A stretch of DNA of 64,000 nt from an uncultured Methanosarcinales archaeon. GTDB lineage: Archaea; Nanobdellota; Nanobdellia; Woesearchaeales; JACPBV01. Positions 17,210 through 26,965 of this stretch are shown here, in pieces (the first letter of the stretch is position 1; every line of letters starts with the position of its first letter). The notes beneath the pieces are model-generated. The model was not told the DNA's origin and made no database searches. It saw nothing but the letters and a program-made list of their open reading frames with translations. A program made the position numbers and the translations under genes. The DNA lies in assembly GCA_964609455.1 (NCBI GenBank), contig CAZSRD010000003.1, positions 8,200 to 72,199 of the forward strand, read 5' to 3'.

Positions 17210-18934
17210 TTAAGCAACCCCCCTGTAGCTCCAAGCCAAGATGTATTTTCTTTTAATCCTTGAGTCATTTGCCATTTTACCATTTAATATATTTTTGTAG
17301 AACCTTACAATTTTTCCAACTTCTTTTTCAGTATCAATAAAAAATTTGTTTATACCTGAGCTTGCTAGTTCTGAGCTTTTGCTAAATAGCCCGAGCTCTT
17401 TTCCATTCAAGATTTGACTTCCATTTTTAATATTCTCTATTTTGAATGGCAATCCTATCTCATCTTTTATCCATCCTTCTTTTAGATTATGCCTTAATGT
17501 CATCAGCCTGATTTTTCCATGCACCATAGCTATCAAATTTTTGTTTCTAAACTGTTTTAGTTCTTCTATGCTTAACTCTGGAGAAATTATTGGTGTTGCA
17601 CCCATTTTTGAAAAGTTTTCTAAGTCCACGTCATTAAAACAATTCAAGTTATAATCCAGGTGTATTGGTAAGTTTAGGCTAAGATTAAGAATTCCGAGAT
17701 TACCTGCTAGGATACCATCTGGCTTATTCTCGTTTATTTTCTTTACGATCTCATTTACATCCGAGTCTAGCATTATTCTTGGCGTGGCGGCAAATAATTT
17801 ACATGCTAATTCCTCCTTTAGATTGTAAAAATCGTCATCAAACAGGTCAAAGTAGATTACATCTGCTCCGTTAGAACATGCTTCAAAAGCATCTTTTTTG
17901 TTATAAACCCGTACCAATAGCTGTTTACTTTCACTTCTTTTTGCCTCTATTCTTGGAAAATCTGCTTTAATATTTTTTCTTTCAATTTTTATATCTTCAG
18001 TTTTTACTTCGTAGAATTCCTTTGTGTAAGGCTTAGTTTCTCCACTTGCTTTTGCCCTGTTCAGCATATCAGTGGATTTCCCGAAAAAACCTAATGTAAA
18101 CTCTCTGCTAAATGCTTTTTGTAATTTATTTAACATATTATCTGATACATTAAAATTACCTTCGTAGAAGCTATCAATAGCTTTTCTATAAACTTCTGTT
18201 GCAGTTGCAACATAATAAGGAGTTCGCATCCTCCCTTCAATTTTGATTGTATTAATCCCAGATTCAATAATTTCTGGAATTTGGCGGATAAGGCATAGTT
18301 CTTTTGTAGATAAGTAATATTGGTTGTTATACAATTTTCGGCAAGGTTGGGCACATTTTCCCCTATTGCCGCTTCTTCCGCCTAATAAACTTGAAAATAA
18401 GCAGGATCCAGAGATAGATACACACAAAGCACCGTGACAGAAAATCTCCAGTTCTTTCTGAAAGTTTTTTCTTATTCCTATTATCTCTTCTTTTGTAAGT
18501 TCTCTTGCAAGGGTTATTCTATCAGCTTTTGATAATAGTTTTGCCTGATTTGAGTTCATTACCCCCGTTTGTGTTGAAATATGTATTTTTAGGCCACTAT
18601 AATTCTTTTGGATTGCGTCAATAAAGGATGTTTCTTGTATTATGACAGAATCAATTCCTTTTGAATAAGCAAAAGAAAGTTGTTTGAGAAAATCATTTAA
18701 TTCAATATTCTTGACTAGTGTGTTCATAGCCAAGTAGACCTTTACATTATTTGATTTACATATCTTAACTGCTTCGGTAAGATATTCTTTATTAAAGTTA
18801 GTTGCAAAGTCTCTTGCACTAAACATTTTCATTCCTAAGTATACAGCATCAGCTCCTTTGCTTACTGTGGCCTTTAAGTTAGCCATACTCCCTGCTGGCG
18901 CCAATAACTCTATCTTTTTGCCCATATCATACAA
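17210..18934 (-). CDS. peptidase U32 family protein (collagenase-like; RlhA/TrhP-type RNA-hydroxylase homologues belong here)
   Basis: U32 signature region with conserved Cys (GRSGNRGKCAQPCRKLY) and N-terminal ELLAPAGS...GADAVY. Confidence 0.72.
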   Translation of the reverse strand: MYDMGKKIELLAPAGSMANLKATVSKGADAVYLGMKMFSARDFATNFNKEYLTEAVKICKSNNVKVYLAMNTLVKNIELNDFLKQLSFAYSKGIDSVIIQETSFIDAIQKNYSGLKIHISTQTGVMNSNQAKLLSKADRITLARELTKEEIIGIRKNFQKELEIFCHGALCVSISGSCLFSSLLGGRSGNRGKCAQPCRKLYNNQYYLSTKELCLIRQIPEIIESGINTIKIEGRMRTPYYVATATEVYRKAIDSFYEGNFNVSDNMLNKLQKAFSREFTLGFFGKSTDMLNRAKASGETKPYTKEFYEVKTEDIKIERKNIKADFPRIEAKRSESKQLLVRVYNKKDAFEACSNGADVIYFDLFDDDFYNLKEELACKLFAATPRIMLDSDVNEIVKKINENKPDGILAGNLGILNLSLNLPIHLDYNLNCFNDVDLENFSKMGATPIISPELSIEELKQFRNKNLIAMVHGKIRLMTLRHNLKEGWIKDEIGLPFKIENIKNGSQILNGKELGLFSKSSELASSGINKFFIDTEKEVGKIVRFYKNILNGKMANDSRIKRKYILAWSYRGVA

Positions 18935-19006
18935 GGATGAAGAATGTATTTAAAAATAGTTTGTTTTTATTTTCCTTTAGATTTTGCTAAATCAGAAAAT
19001 CCAAAA

Positions 19007-19408
19007 CTAAAGTTTTGCATTTTTTACTTTATCAGTGAATTTCTTGAAGCTTTCAACTAGATCAATCATATACTTCCCTTCTTCTAATTTGAATATCAAT
19101 GGCTCTCCTTTGAACAGGTGCACAAGGTCCAGTTCATACTTACCAGGCTTAAGAACCCTTATTGCCTCTAAGTCGAGAACAACCGGCTCATCTGAATCTA
19201 TTTCAGAGCCAACAAGCTCAAATACGTCTTTTTCAATCTGCTCTTTTTCTTTAGGGGACAGTTTTATTTCATCAGCTATTTTTTGAGCTTCTTCTAACTT
19301 CTCTTTTTTAACATAGAAAAATAGCTTGCCACCGCATTTACAACCTTTGATGATTTCAGTAGCCCCGTCGTCATAAAAGGTGTTGCATCTCACGCATTGA
19401 TGTGGCAT
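19007..19408 (-). CDS. zinc-ribbon protein
   Basis: N-terminal CxxC...CxC (MPHQCVRCNTFYDD...GCKCGG); co-oriented immediately downstream of the two preceding genes. Confidence 0.45.
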   Translation of the reverse strand: MPHQCVRCNTFYDDGATEIIKGCKCGGKLFFYVKKEKLEEAQKIADEIKLSPKEKEQIEKDVFELVGSEIDSDEPVVLDLEAIRVLKPGKYELDLVHLFKGEPLIFKLEEGKYMIDLVESFKKFTDKVKNAKL

Positions 19409-19409
19409 T

Positions 19410-19796
19410 TTAGTTCTTTTTCTTTTTGATATCTTTAGTAAATAATTCTATTTTATCAGGATCTTTCTTAATCTGTTTTACAACAGTAGCTGGGCCTATT
19501 ATTGTGAAACCTTGCCTATCTCCTAGTAACCTGGTAACCATAGCATTTTTCATATTTTTGAAGAATCCGGATTCTTTTTTCTGTGGGTTTATTACTGCCA
19601 GCTCTACTCCTTTGAATTTATTGTTAATCTCTTCCATTGTAATCTCGATTAGGTCTTTTTCTTCTTCCTTTTTCAATCTGCCTTCCAGCAATACTATTCT
19701 GTTTTGCTTTGCCATATCCAGGAGCTTGTTGACCCTTCTCGCTGGCCCCAGCTCTTCAATCTCTGAGTATGGAACAAATTGTAGCACTAATCCCAT
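19410..19796 (-). CDS. conserved archaeal hypothetical protein (DUF2073-like)
   Basis: 128 aa; forms a tight co-oriented operon with the GTPase upstream and the Zn-ribbon downstream, with 1-13 nt gaps. Confidence 0.35.
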   Translation of the reverse strand: MGLVLQFVPYSEIEELGPARRVNKLLDMAKQNRIVLLEGRLKKEEEKDLIEITMEEINNKFKGVELAVINPQKKESGFFKNMKNAMVTRLLGDRQGFTIIGPATVVKQIKKDPDKIELFTKDIKKKKN

Positions 19797-19809
19797 TTTA
19801 CACCTCTTT

Positions 19810-20445
19810 TTATTTGACTAAAGTAAATAAACCTTCGTAAAACCTATCTATGTTTTTTCCGTATTTTGCTGAGATACCAATAACATCATACTGGGGGAAG
19901 GCTGCCTGAACCTTTTTGATATTTGATTTCTTTAAGTCTACTTTGTTAGCAACAATTAAAACAGGTATGTTTCTTGCCTGTAAATTTCCAATTATGGTTA
20001 TATTAACCTGTGAATAAGGATCTTTTGTTGAGTCTAATACTATAATTACGGTATCCATATCATCAAGCCATTTAATTGCGTCAATAACCCCCTTGGTTGC
20101 TTCTTTTGCCCTTTCTTTTGCTTCTTTTTCTTTCATACCTGCTTTAATGAAATCTTCGTAGTCTATTTTTGTTGCTATTCCAGGGGTATCTACAAGGTTA
20201 AAGTTAAGCTCTTTCCCTTTTGATTTTATTGTAACCTGCTCTTTTATCTGAATTTCCCTTGTTTCGTGAGCTATATTAGATACAGCACCCATATCTTCCC
20301 CTAACCAGTCTTGGCATATTTTGTTAGCAAGAGTAGTTTTTCCTCCGTTTGGAGGGCCATATAGCCCAAGCTTCACTTGTTTTTTGCCCTTAAAAATATT
20401 CTTAAGAACCCTGTTTATGAATTTTTTTATTAAATCAATTACCAT
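19810..20445 (-). CDS. small GTP-binding protein (Era/EngB-like)
   Basis: G1 GPPNGGKTT, G3 DTPG, G4 NKVD, G5 SAK. Confidence 0.7.
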   Translation of the reverse strand: MVIDLIKKFINRVLKNIFKGKKQVKLGLYGPPNGGKTTLANKICQDWLGEDMGAVSNIAHETREIQIKEQVTIKSKGKELNFNLVDTPGIATKIDYEDFIKAGMKEKEAKERAKEATKGVIDAIKWLDDMDTVIIVLDSTKDPYSQVNITIIGNLQARNIPVLIVANKVDLKKSNIKKVQAAFPQYDVIGISAKYGKNIDRFYEGLFTLVK

Positions 20446-20559
20446 TTAATCCCCTTTTTGAGTGTTGATAAAAAATGTGATATACGTAGTTTATATATTT
20501 TGCGTTTTTTTAACTTAAGGATAGAAACTTTTAAATATGTTACCTGTTAAATTAGTTTT

Positions 20560-21111
20560 ATGAATGAGGTAGTGAAAAAAGACATAATCTCTGTTTTAAA
20601 TGAAGTTATAACCATAATTGGAGTTGAAGAAGAAAGAGACGTTATCGATTTGATGGAGCTAAGCAATCATACTATCCATAACGCATCCATTTTTCAGGAT
20701 GAGGATAGTGTTAGTATTGCAATCTTAATCTATTCTATTTCTAAGGTTATCCAAAGAAGGGAAGGCAAGTTAAATTACAAAAGCATATCTGCATTACTTG
20801 GAGATGCAAAAAATCATTTAACGGTTGGAAATGTTGATAAGTATAGAAAAACAATAAGGAAATTGTTTGATTTTATATCTACAATAGACTCTAAATTGAA
20901 GCTTTATGTAGAGGCAGTTATAAATCAGGCAGAAATTAGAAAAGGAAGCAAACTATATGCTCATGGCATCTCTTTAGGCAGAGCTTCTGAGATTCTTGGA
21001 ATTTCACAGTGGGAGCTGATGTCTTATGTTGGCAAGACAAATTTGACTAATATAGCTGGCGGGGTAGGGATTAAACAGAGGCTACAATATGCAAGGAGTT
21101 TGTTCAAATGA
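20560..21111 (+). CDS. UPF0175-like protein with C-terminal HTH (candidate antitoxin/regulator)
   Basis: C-terminal AHGISLGRASEILGISQWELMSYVG matches the UPF0175-type HTH; 4-nt ATGA overlap with the next gene. Confidence 0.4.
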   Translation: MNEVVKKDIISVLNEVITIIGVEEERDVIDLMELSNHTIHNASIFQDEDSVSIAILIYSISKVIQRREGKLNYKSISALLGDAKNHLTVGNVDKYRKTIRKLFDFISTIDSKLKLYVEAVINQAEIRKGSKLYAHGISLGRASEILGISQWELMSYVGKTNLTNIAGGVGIKQRLQYARSLFK

Positions 21112-21797
21112 AATCAATAGTTTTTGATACAGGACCAATCATCAGTTTAACTACTAATAACCTGCTTGGTTTGTTGACAAATCTGAAGGAGCATTATGGC
21201 GGCAGTTTTTATGTAACAGAAGCCGTAAGGAAGGAGCTAATTGAGAGGCCATTGGACACTAAAAAATTTAAATTTGAAGCCTTACAAGTTTTGAGATGCA
21301 TTAATTCTAAGATTCTTGAGGTGTATGATGATGCTGAATTGAAGAAAAAAACACTCAATCTGCTTGATTTGGCAAACAAATGTTTTTCCTGCAAGAACAA
21401 TTTTTTGCAGATAGTTCATTTTGCTGAGATGAGCGGATTAGCAGCAGCTTTGATAAATAATTCAGAAGCATTTGTTGTTGATGAAAGAAATACAAGATTA
21501 TTGATAGAAGACCCTATGAAGCTTAGGAATATTTTAAGCGGCAAATTGCATATGGATGTAAGTCTTAATAGAAGTATTCTTAACAAGTTTAGGAATCTGA
21601 CTAAGGGTATGAAATTAATCAGGTCTATTGAGCTAGTTACAGTTGCTTTTGAGCTGGGTATCCTGGATAAATATCTTGTTAATATTCCAAATCCCAGGAA
21701 AACTTTATTAGAGGCTGTGTTGTGGGGGGTTAAGTTAAATGGGGCTAGTGTTTCTGAGCAGGAGATAAGGGATATAATCAGGATGGAAGTAAAATAA
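21108..21797 (+). CDS. PIN-like (DUF3368-like) domain protein
   Basis: N-terminus MKSIVFDTGPIISL typical of PIN/DUF3368; translationally coupled to the UPF0175-like gene. Confidence 0.4.
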   Translation: MKSIVFDTGPIISLTTNNLLGLLTNLKEHYGGSFYVTEAVRKELIERPLDTKKFKFEALQVLRCINSKILEVYDDAELKKKTLNLLDLANKCFSCKNNFLQIVHFAEMSGLAAALINNSEAFVVDERNTRLLIEDPMKLRNILSGKLHMDVSLNRSILNKFRNLTKGMKLIRSIELVTVAFELGILDKYLVNIPNPRKTLLEAVLWGVKLNGASVSEQEIRDIIRMEVK

Positions 21798-21832
21798 AAA
21801 CTTTTAAATAACTATAGGGATTAGCTTTTTCT

Positions 21833-23356
21833 GTGATAAAAGGGCAGGTAATTTCTGGAGAATATGGGAAGATTCTGATTAGGCAGAAGGCAGACCAGAG
21901 GATTGAGTTGGGGGAGCTTCTTGTTGCAGATACGAAAGATGCTAAGATTTTGCTGCAGGCAACAAATTTGCTTTATGGGAGCCAAATTTCACAGCAGAAC
22001 TTAGAGCTTATATCCGGCATGAACTTAGAGGATAATGAGGAAGTGGAGTTTATGGATGCTGAATTAAGGAACTATAATTTGGCAGTTTTGAAGAATTTGA
22101 TAACCCTTAGCGGGGAAAAGGCGAGTGTTTCTAAAAGGCTGCCTGCTTTTTTTTCTCCTGTTAGGGAAATTACAAAGGATGATTTAAAATTTCTAACTAA
22201 GCCAAAAAACCCTTTATTTGTTGGCAATTTAAGAAGCGGAAGCAAGGTTTTAGATCTTCCAATTTACTTAGATGGAATTGATGTTTTTTCGCACCATATA
22301 CTAATCCCGGCAACTACTGGAAGAGGAAAGTCAAATTTATGCTCGGTTATACTATGGGATATTTTAGATAAAGATTATTGCGGAGTATTGGTGTTAGATC
22401 CTCATGACGAATATTATGGCAGGAATAAATTGGGGTTAAAGGATCACCCTTCTAAGGACAAGGTAGTGTATTATACTCCTACTGATGTACCCCCTGGTTG
22501 CAGGACTTTAAAGATTAATATTAGCCTAATAAAACCCCAACATTTTAATGGTGTGGTATATTGGTCAGACCCTCAACTACAGGCTTTATCGCAATATTAT
22601 AAGGAATATGGTGAAAAATGGATAGAATCAATTGTTTTGGATAAGCCATTAAAAGCTGGCTTTTTTGAGGGAACCATTGCTGTTGTTAAGCGAAGGATAA
22701 TGTCTTTGCTTGATTTGGAGTTTAGTGGAAACCAGTTGTTTTGTAATTCTATTTTTGATTTAAATGCAGGCGAGACTACTATTAGCGATATTTGCAATGA
22801 GCTTGAAGAAGGCAAGGAGGTTATTATAGACACTTCAGATTTTTCAGGAAGTGTTGAGATTTTAATTGGGAGTTTGATTGTTACAGAGATTTTTAGTAAG
22901 TACAAGAGGTATAAGATGAAGGGTTTGTTAAGGGACAAGCCAGTGATATCCATTTTACTAGAAGAGGCTCCTCGTGTTTTGGGAAAAGAGGTTTTGGAGA
23001 AAGGATCTAATATATTTTCTACAATTGCCCGTGAAGGCAGGAAGTTTAAAGTTGGGTTGTGGGCTATAACCCAGCTGCCCTCACTTATTCCTAGGGAGGT
23101 ATTAGCAAATATGAATACAAAAATAATCTTGGGCATAGAGATGCAGCCTGAGAGAGAGGCAATAATTCAGAGCGCTGCCCAGGATTTATCAGATGATGAC
23201 AGGAATATTGCTTCTTTGGATAAGGGTGAGGCGATTATAAGCAGTAATTTTGCAAAGTTTGCTACACCTATTAAGATTCCTTTATTTGAGGAGTTTGTTA
23301 ATTCTGGTGAGAAAGAGAAAGTTAGGAAAGATTTTTCTGCTATAGCTATGAAGTGA
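21833..23356 (+). CDS. herA: HerA-like (DUF87/FtsK-HerA superfamily) ATPase
   Basis: Walker [11 protein letters not shown], Walker-B-like ISILLEEAP, ~500 aa as for archaeal HerA; mre11 two genes downstream. Confidence 0.6.
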   Translation: MIKGQVISGEYGKILIRQKADQRIELGELLVADTKDAKILLQATNLLYGSQISQQNLELISGMNLEDNEEVEFMDAELRNYNLAVLKNLITLSGEKASVSKRLPAFFSPVREITKDDLKFLTKPKNPLFVGNLRSGSKVLDLPIYLDGIDVFSHHILIPATTGRGKSNLCSVILWDILDKDYCGVLVLDPHDEYYGRNKLGLKDHPSKDKVVYYTPTDVPPGCRTLKINISLIKPQHFNGVVYWSDPQLQALSQYYKEYGEKWIESIVLDKPLKAGFFEGTIAVVKRRIMSLLDLEFSGNQLFCNSIFDLNAGETTISDICNELEEGKEVIIDTSDFSGSVEILIGSLIVTEIFSKYKRYKMKGLLRDKPVISILLEEAPRVLGKEVLEKGSNIFSTIAREGRKFKVGLWAITQLPSLIPREVLANMNTKIILGIEMQPEREAIIQSAAQDLSDDDRNIASLDKGEAIISSNFAKFATPIKIPLFEEFVNSGEKEKVRKDFSAIAMK

Positions 23357-23472
23357 GCGTAATTTTTACGAAATTTGTGTAATCCGACGAGATTTATATA
23401 AACAATATATAATATAACGGTTAAATATATAAATTTCTTTGAATTATATAATCCAATTGGGGTGATAGTTTT

Positions 23473-24018
23473 TTGGGCAATGCAATAAACGAAAGAGGAT
23501 TAATCAACGGCATTGGGTACAATCTTGCTAGGTTGGTGGTTGATGAGGTTTCTTTTGAGGATTATGTCAATCTGACCAAAAGATTATGTGCGGGGTATTT
23601 AAGCTATAATGGCCTTGGAGGGGATGGACTGCCTGCAAATAAGGTAGCCCAGATAGCGGATGTAAATGATTTTTACCATATAACCAGGGATTTTATTTTT
23701 AGGGAAGGCATATATTTTGGCCCTGACAATCTTATTGCGAGAGCAAGAGGGGATAGGCAGATACTGGATATTATGGTTGATTCACATCTTGTGTTATCCC
23801 AAGCGCATGCCTTATACTTCTTAGGTCATGGCCTTTCATTAGCTGAGCATATGGAAACTGTTCAGGAAATATTAGATTATTCTAGAGATCTTAATCCAGA
23901 CATTGCCTCTATGCTGGCGAGGGAAAAGCTTGATGAAGTGGTTATAGAGAACTTGCGTAAGCTGAAGGAGGTTTCTAAACAAAGGTACAGAAACCATAGG
24001 ATGGTTGGCGTTGGATAA
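23473..24018 (+). CDS. hypothetical protein (higher GC than flanks)
   Basis: 181 aa ORF between herA-like and mre11; no motif. Confidence 0.35.
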   Translation: MGNAINERGLINGIGYNLARLVVDEVSFEDYVNLTKRLCAGYLSYNGLGGDGLPANKVAQIADVNDFYHITRDFIFREGIYFGPDNLIARARGDRQILDIMVDSHLVLSQAHALYFLGHGLSLAEHMETVQEILDYSRDLNPDIASMLAREKLDEVVIENLRKLKEVSKQRYRNHRMVGVG

Positions 24019-24053
24019 CAATCTTTATAAATCGCTTTTCATTCCCATTTCTC

Positions 24054-25262
24054 ATGAAATTTGCTCATTTGGCAGATTGTCACATTGGGGGGTGGAGAGA
24101 CCCTAAGCTGAAGAATATTGCAGCACAGGCTTTTGAAAAGGCAATAGATACTTCTATAGAAAAAAATGTTGATTTTGTTGTTATATCGGGTGATTTGTTC
24201 AATACTTCTTTGCCTTCTATAGATGGATTGAAATTAGCTGTTAAAAAACTTAAAGAACTGAAGGATAAGAATATAGCTGTTTACATGATTGCAGGCTCGC
24301 ATGATTTCTCACCTTCTGGAAAAACAATGCTGGATGTTTTAGAAAATGCTGGCCTAGCGATTAATGTTGCGAAAGGAGAAGAGGTTGATGGAAAGTTGAA
24401 GTTGAATTTTACTGTTGATGAAAAGACAGGCGCTAAGATTACAGGCTTGTTGGGGAAGCGTGGAGGATTAGAGCGGGGGTATTATGAAGGTCTTCTAAAG
24501 GAAGGGCTGGAGAAAGAAGAAGGCTATAAGATCTTTCTATTTCACTCTTTGTTGTCTGAATTGAAACCAAAAGATATGGAGAAAGTAGACAGCCAGCCAT
24601 TGAGCCTTTTACCAAAGAATTTTAATTATTATGCTGGTGGCCATCCCCATATTGTAAAGGATGCAAAAATAGATGGTTATGGCACAATTGCTTATCCTGG
24701 GCCTTTGTTTCCGAATAATTTTCTTGAGTTAGAGAAATTAGGTAATGGCGGGTTTTACATTGTTGAGGATGATAAAGTTGAGTTTGAGCCTATACAGATA
24801 TATAACACATTTAATATTAAAATAGAATCCAACCATAAAACTCCTGAGCAGATTACTAGTGAGATTATGGATCAGATTAAGGGCAAGGAGTTTAATGATA
24901 CAATTGTAACAATAAGGGTTTCTGGGGTTTTGGAAAGCGGAAAGCCATCTGATATCAACTTTAAAGATATCTTTGAGAAGCTGTATGAAAAATCAGCTTA
25001 TTTTGTTATGAAGAATACTAATGCATTAGTTGCTAAGGAATTCGAAGAGATAAAGATTGATGCTAAGAATGTTGAGGATGTTGAAGATAAGATAATCCAA
25101 GAGCACCTTGGGCAGATTAAGGTTGATGGGTTAGATGTTGGTAAGGAGGATGAGTTAACTAAAGAATTAATGAAAGTATTATCTTTGGAAAGGGGGGATG
25201 AGAAGGTAGCTGACTTTGAGAAAAGGATAAAGGACGAGGTTAATAAACTGATTGGTGGTTGA
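24054..25262 (+). CDS. mre11: DNA double-strand break repair nuclease Mre11
   Basis: Calcineurin-like phosphoesterase motifs in archaeal Mre11 order: MKFAHLADCHIG, VISGDLFN, GSHD, GGHPH. Confidence 0.8.
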   Translation: MKFAHLADCHIGGWRDPKLKNIAAQAFEKAIDTSIEKNVDFVVISGDLFNTSLPSIDGLKLAVKKLKELKDKNIAVYMIAGSHDFSPSGKTMLDVLENAGLAINVAKGEEVDGKLKLNFTVDEKTGAKITGLLGKRGGLERGYYEGLLKEGLEKEEGYKIFLFHSLLSELKPKDMEKVDSQPLSLLPKNFNYYAGGHPHIVKDAKIDGYGTIAYPGPLFPNNFLELEKLGNGGFYIVEDDKVEFEPIQIYNTFNIKIESNHKTPEQITSEIMDQIKGKEFNDTIVTIRVSGVLESGKPSDINFKDIFEKLYEKSAYFVMKNTNALVAKEFEEIKIDAKNVEDVEDKIIQEHLGQIKVDGLDVGKEDELTKELMKVLSLERGDEKVADFEKRIKDEVNKLIGG

Positions 25263-25802
25263 ATGGCAGGCAGTATAGATAAGATAGTTGAAGGTGGAAA
25301 ACTAGTCCAAGATCAAGAGCAATATTTCTTTATTGTTAATGGGCTTAGGAATGTTGAGCCTTTTTATTGCAGACGGGGAAACAGTTCATCTTCTCTTCAG
25401 GAGGACTTATATTTGGCTGACAGAGCAATAGATGATCATTGTTCAGAACAACTTACAAGCAATGGGCTTTTTGGGGTTAAATACGTTCTTTCTGAACTTG
25501 CGATGAATGCTTGGGAGCATGGTATTAGTAGAGGAGAAGGAACACAATACACAATTGCACTATATCTCCAAGGGGATAAGGTTTTTATTCATGTAACTGA
25601 TAATGGAAATGGTTTTCAAATTAGTGATGTTAAAGATCCTACTTTTTCTGAAAAAACTTTGATTCAAGCTCATGGAGATCAAGATAGATTAAAGGAAAGG
25701 GGAAGAGGCATATTTACTTCAATTAGTCTTTATGTAGATCAGATGGCCTATAATGGAATCGGGAATGGAGTAGTTGCTATAAAAAATCTTGGAAAGAAAT
25801 AA
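25263..25802 (+). CDS. GHKL/HATPase_c ATPase resembling bacterial anti-sigma factor serine kinases (RsbW/SpoIIAB type)
   Basis: N-box ELAMNAWEHG, G1 box DNGNGF, G2 box GRGIF in a ~180 aa stand-alone protein. Confidence 0.65.
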   Translation: MAGSIDKIVEGGKLVQDQEQYFFIVNGLRNVEPFYCRRGNSSSSLQEDLYLADRAIDDHCSEQLTSNGLFGVKYVLSELAMNAWEHGISRGEGTQYTIALYLQGDKVFIHVTDNGNGFQISDVKDPTFSEKTLIQAHGDQDRLKERGRGIFTSISLYVDQMAYNGIGNGVVAIKNLGKK

Positions 25803-25858
25803 GTTTTTAAATAGCTATTAATTCTTAAGGTAAAAAGAGGTTCTTATAGGTGATTTAA

Positions 25859-26965
25859 TTGGCAGATAGTGCTAAAAAACATAGTAATTGGGTTGGGGAA
25901 GAAGTCTTATTTCCTGTTAAGTCAGAAGGAGTAGTTTTTCCTCCAGATAAGAAAGAGGTTGTTTATTATGTTCCTTTTCCTCATGGTTTGCTTGAAGAAG
26001 CCGGGAGAAATCAATCCACTTTGGATGCTCAGGTTAGTTCACAATGCGGACAAGAATTGGTGGTTATTCAAACTCCTTTGAGAAATTTGAGCTCTTTGCA
26101 GATAGCTTTGTTTAACTTGTTGGATGTTAGTATGCCCGTGCGATTTTATTCAAAAAAAGAAGGGTGGTCTAAAGCTTTTATTTATCAGGGTTTTTCTGGT
26201 ATAGGTTCTGGTCTACGTATCTTTCTTAGTCCTGATCCATCTGAATTTGAGAGAGTAGAAATTAAGTGTTTAGGGGAACACTCTTCATATTTTAGGAATT
26301 TTGCAGCTGGAATTCTTGCTAAAGCTTTTGAAAATAATGTTATAATGGCAATGGAAAAGAAGGGCAGACTTTATAGGGATTTTTGTGTACTTAGGGGATA
26401 TAACCTATTCCATGCAGAGAAAACAGCTAAACCGATATATAATGTTAGGGGCGTAGTAAGCTCAGGCCAACTTATGGATGCTGAAAGAGAGGATGCTTTG
26501 AGGGCACTTTTTATACAACGGGGAGTTTCAGGATTTGTTTATTTCAGAACATATACAAACCCTATATTCAGAGAATACAAAGGCGTTGAAGATTTGATTC
26601 GGACTTTGACTCATAGCGAATCACACAGCATGTGTTATGACAGAGAAGCTGTTCTTACAATTCCACCACCGCCTTTAATTAAGTTAAGGCTTGACGGAGG
26701 CGAGGATTACTGTTTCAGTATCCCTCCTGTGGAAGGGGTTCATCTTGTTGAAGGGCGCATGGAGGATGAGCATTATAGTATAGAAGGTGTGTATGAGGTA
26801 GACCAATTACGAGAAGTTGGGGCTATTTTAGCTGAAGCTTTAACAATTCCTAATTTAGTTGTAGGAAACACAGATTTTCAAAAGCTTGAAACAAGATTGA
26901 GGGGAACAGAAACAAATCTTGCGACAGAGCTTAAAGTTCAATCAGCTTCTTTAAGATTTCGTTAA
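25859..26965 (+). CDS. hypothetical protein
   Basis: 368 aa ORF immediately after the GHKL ATPase; no motif; higher GC than flanks. Confidence 0.4.
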   Translation: MADSAKKHSNWVGEEVLFPVKSEGVVFPPDKKEVVYYVPFPHGLLEEAGRNQSTLDAQVSSQCGQELVVIQTPLRNLSSLQIALFNLLDVSMPVRFYSKKEGWSKAFIYQGFSGIGSGLRIFLSPDPSEFERVEIKCLGEHSSYFRNFAAGILAKAFENNVIMAMEKKGRLYRDFCVLRGYNLFHAEKTAKPIYNVRGVVSSGQLMDAEREDALRALFIQRGVSGFVYFRTYTNPIFREYKGVEDLIRTLTHSESHSMCYDREAVLTIPPPPLIKLRLDGGEDYCFSIPPVEGVHLVEGRMEDEHYSIEGVYEVDQLREVGAILAEALTIPNLVVGNTDFQKLETRLRGTETNLATELKVQSASLRFR

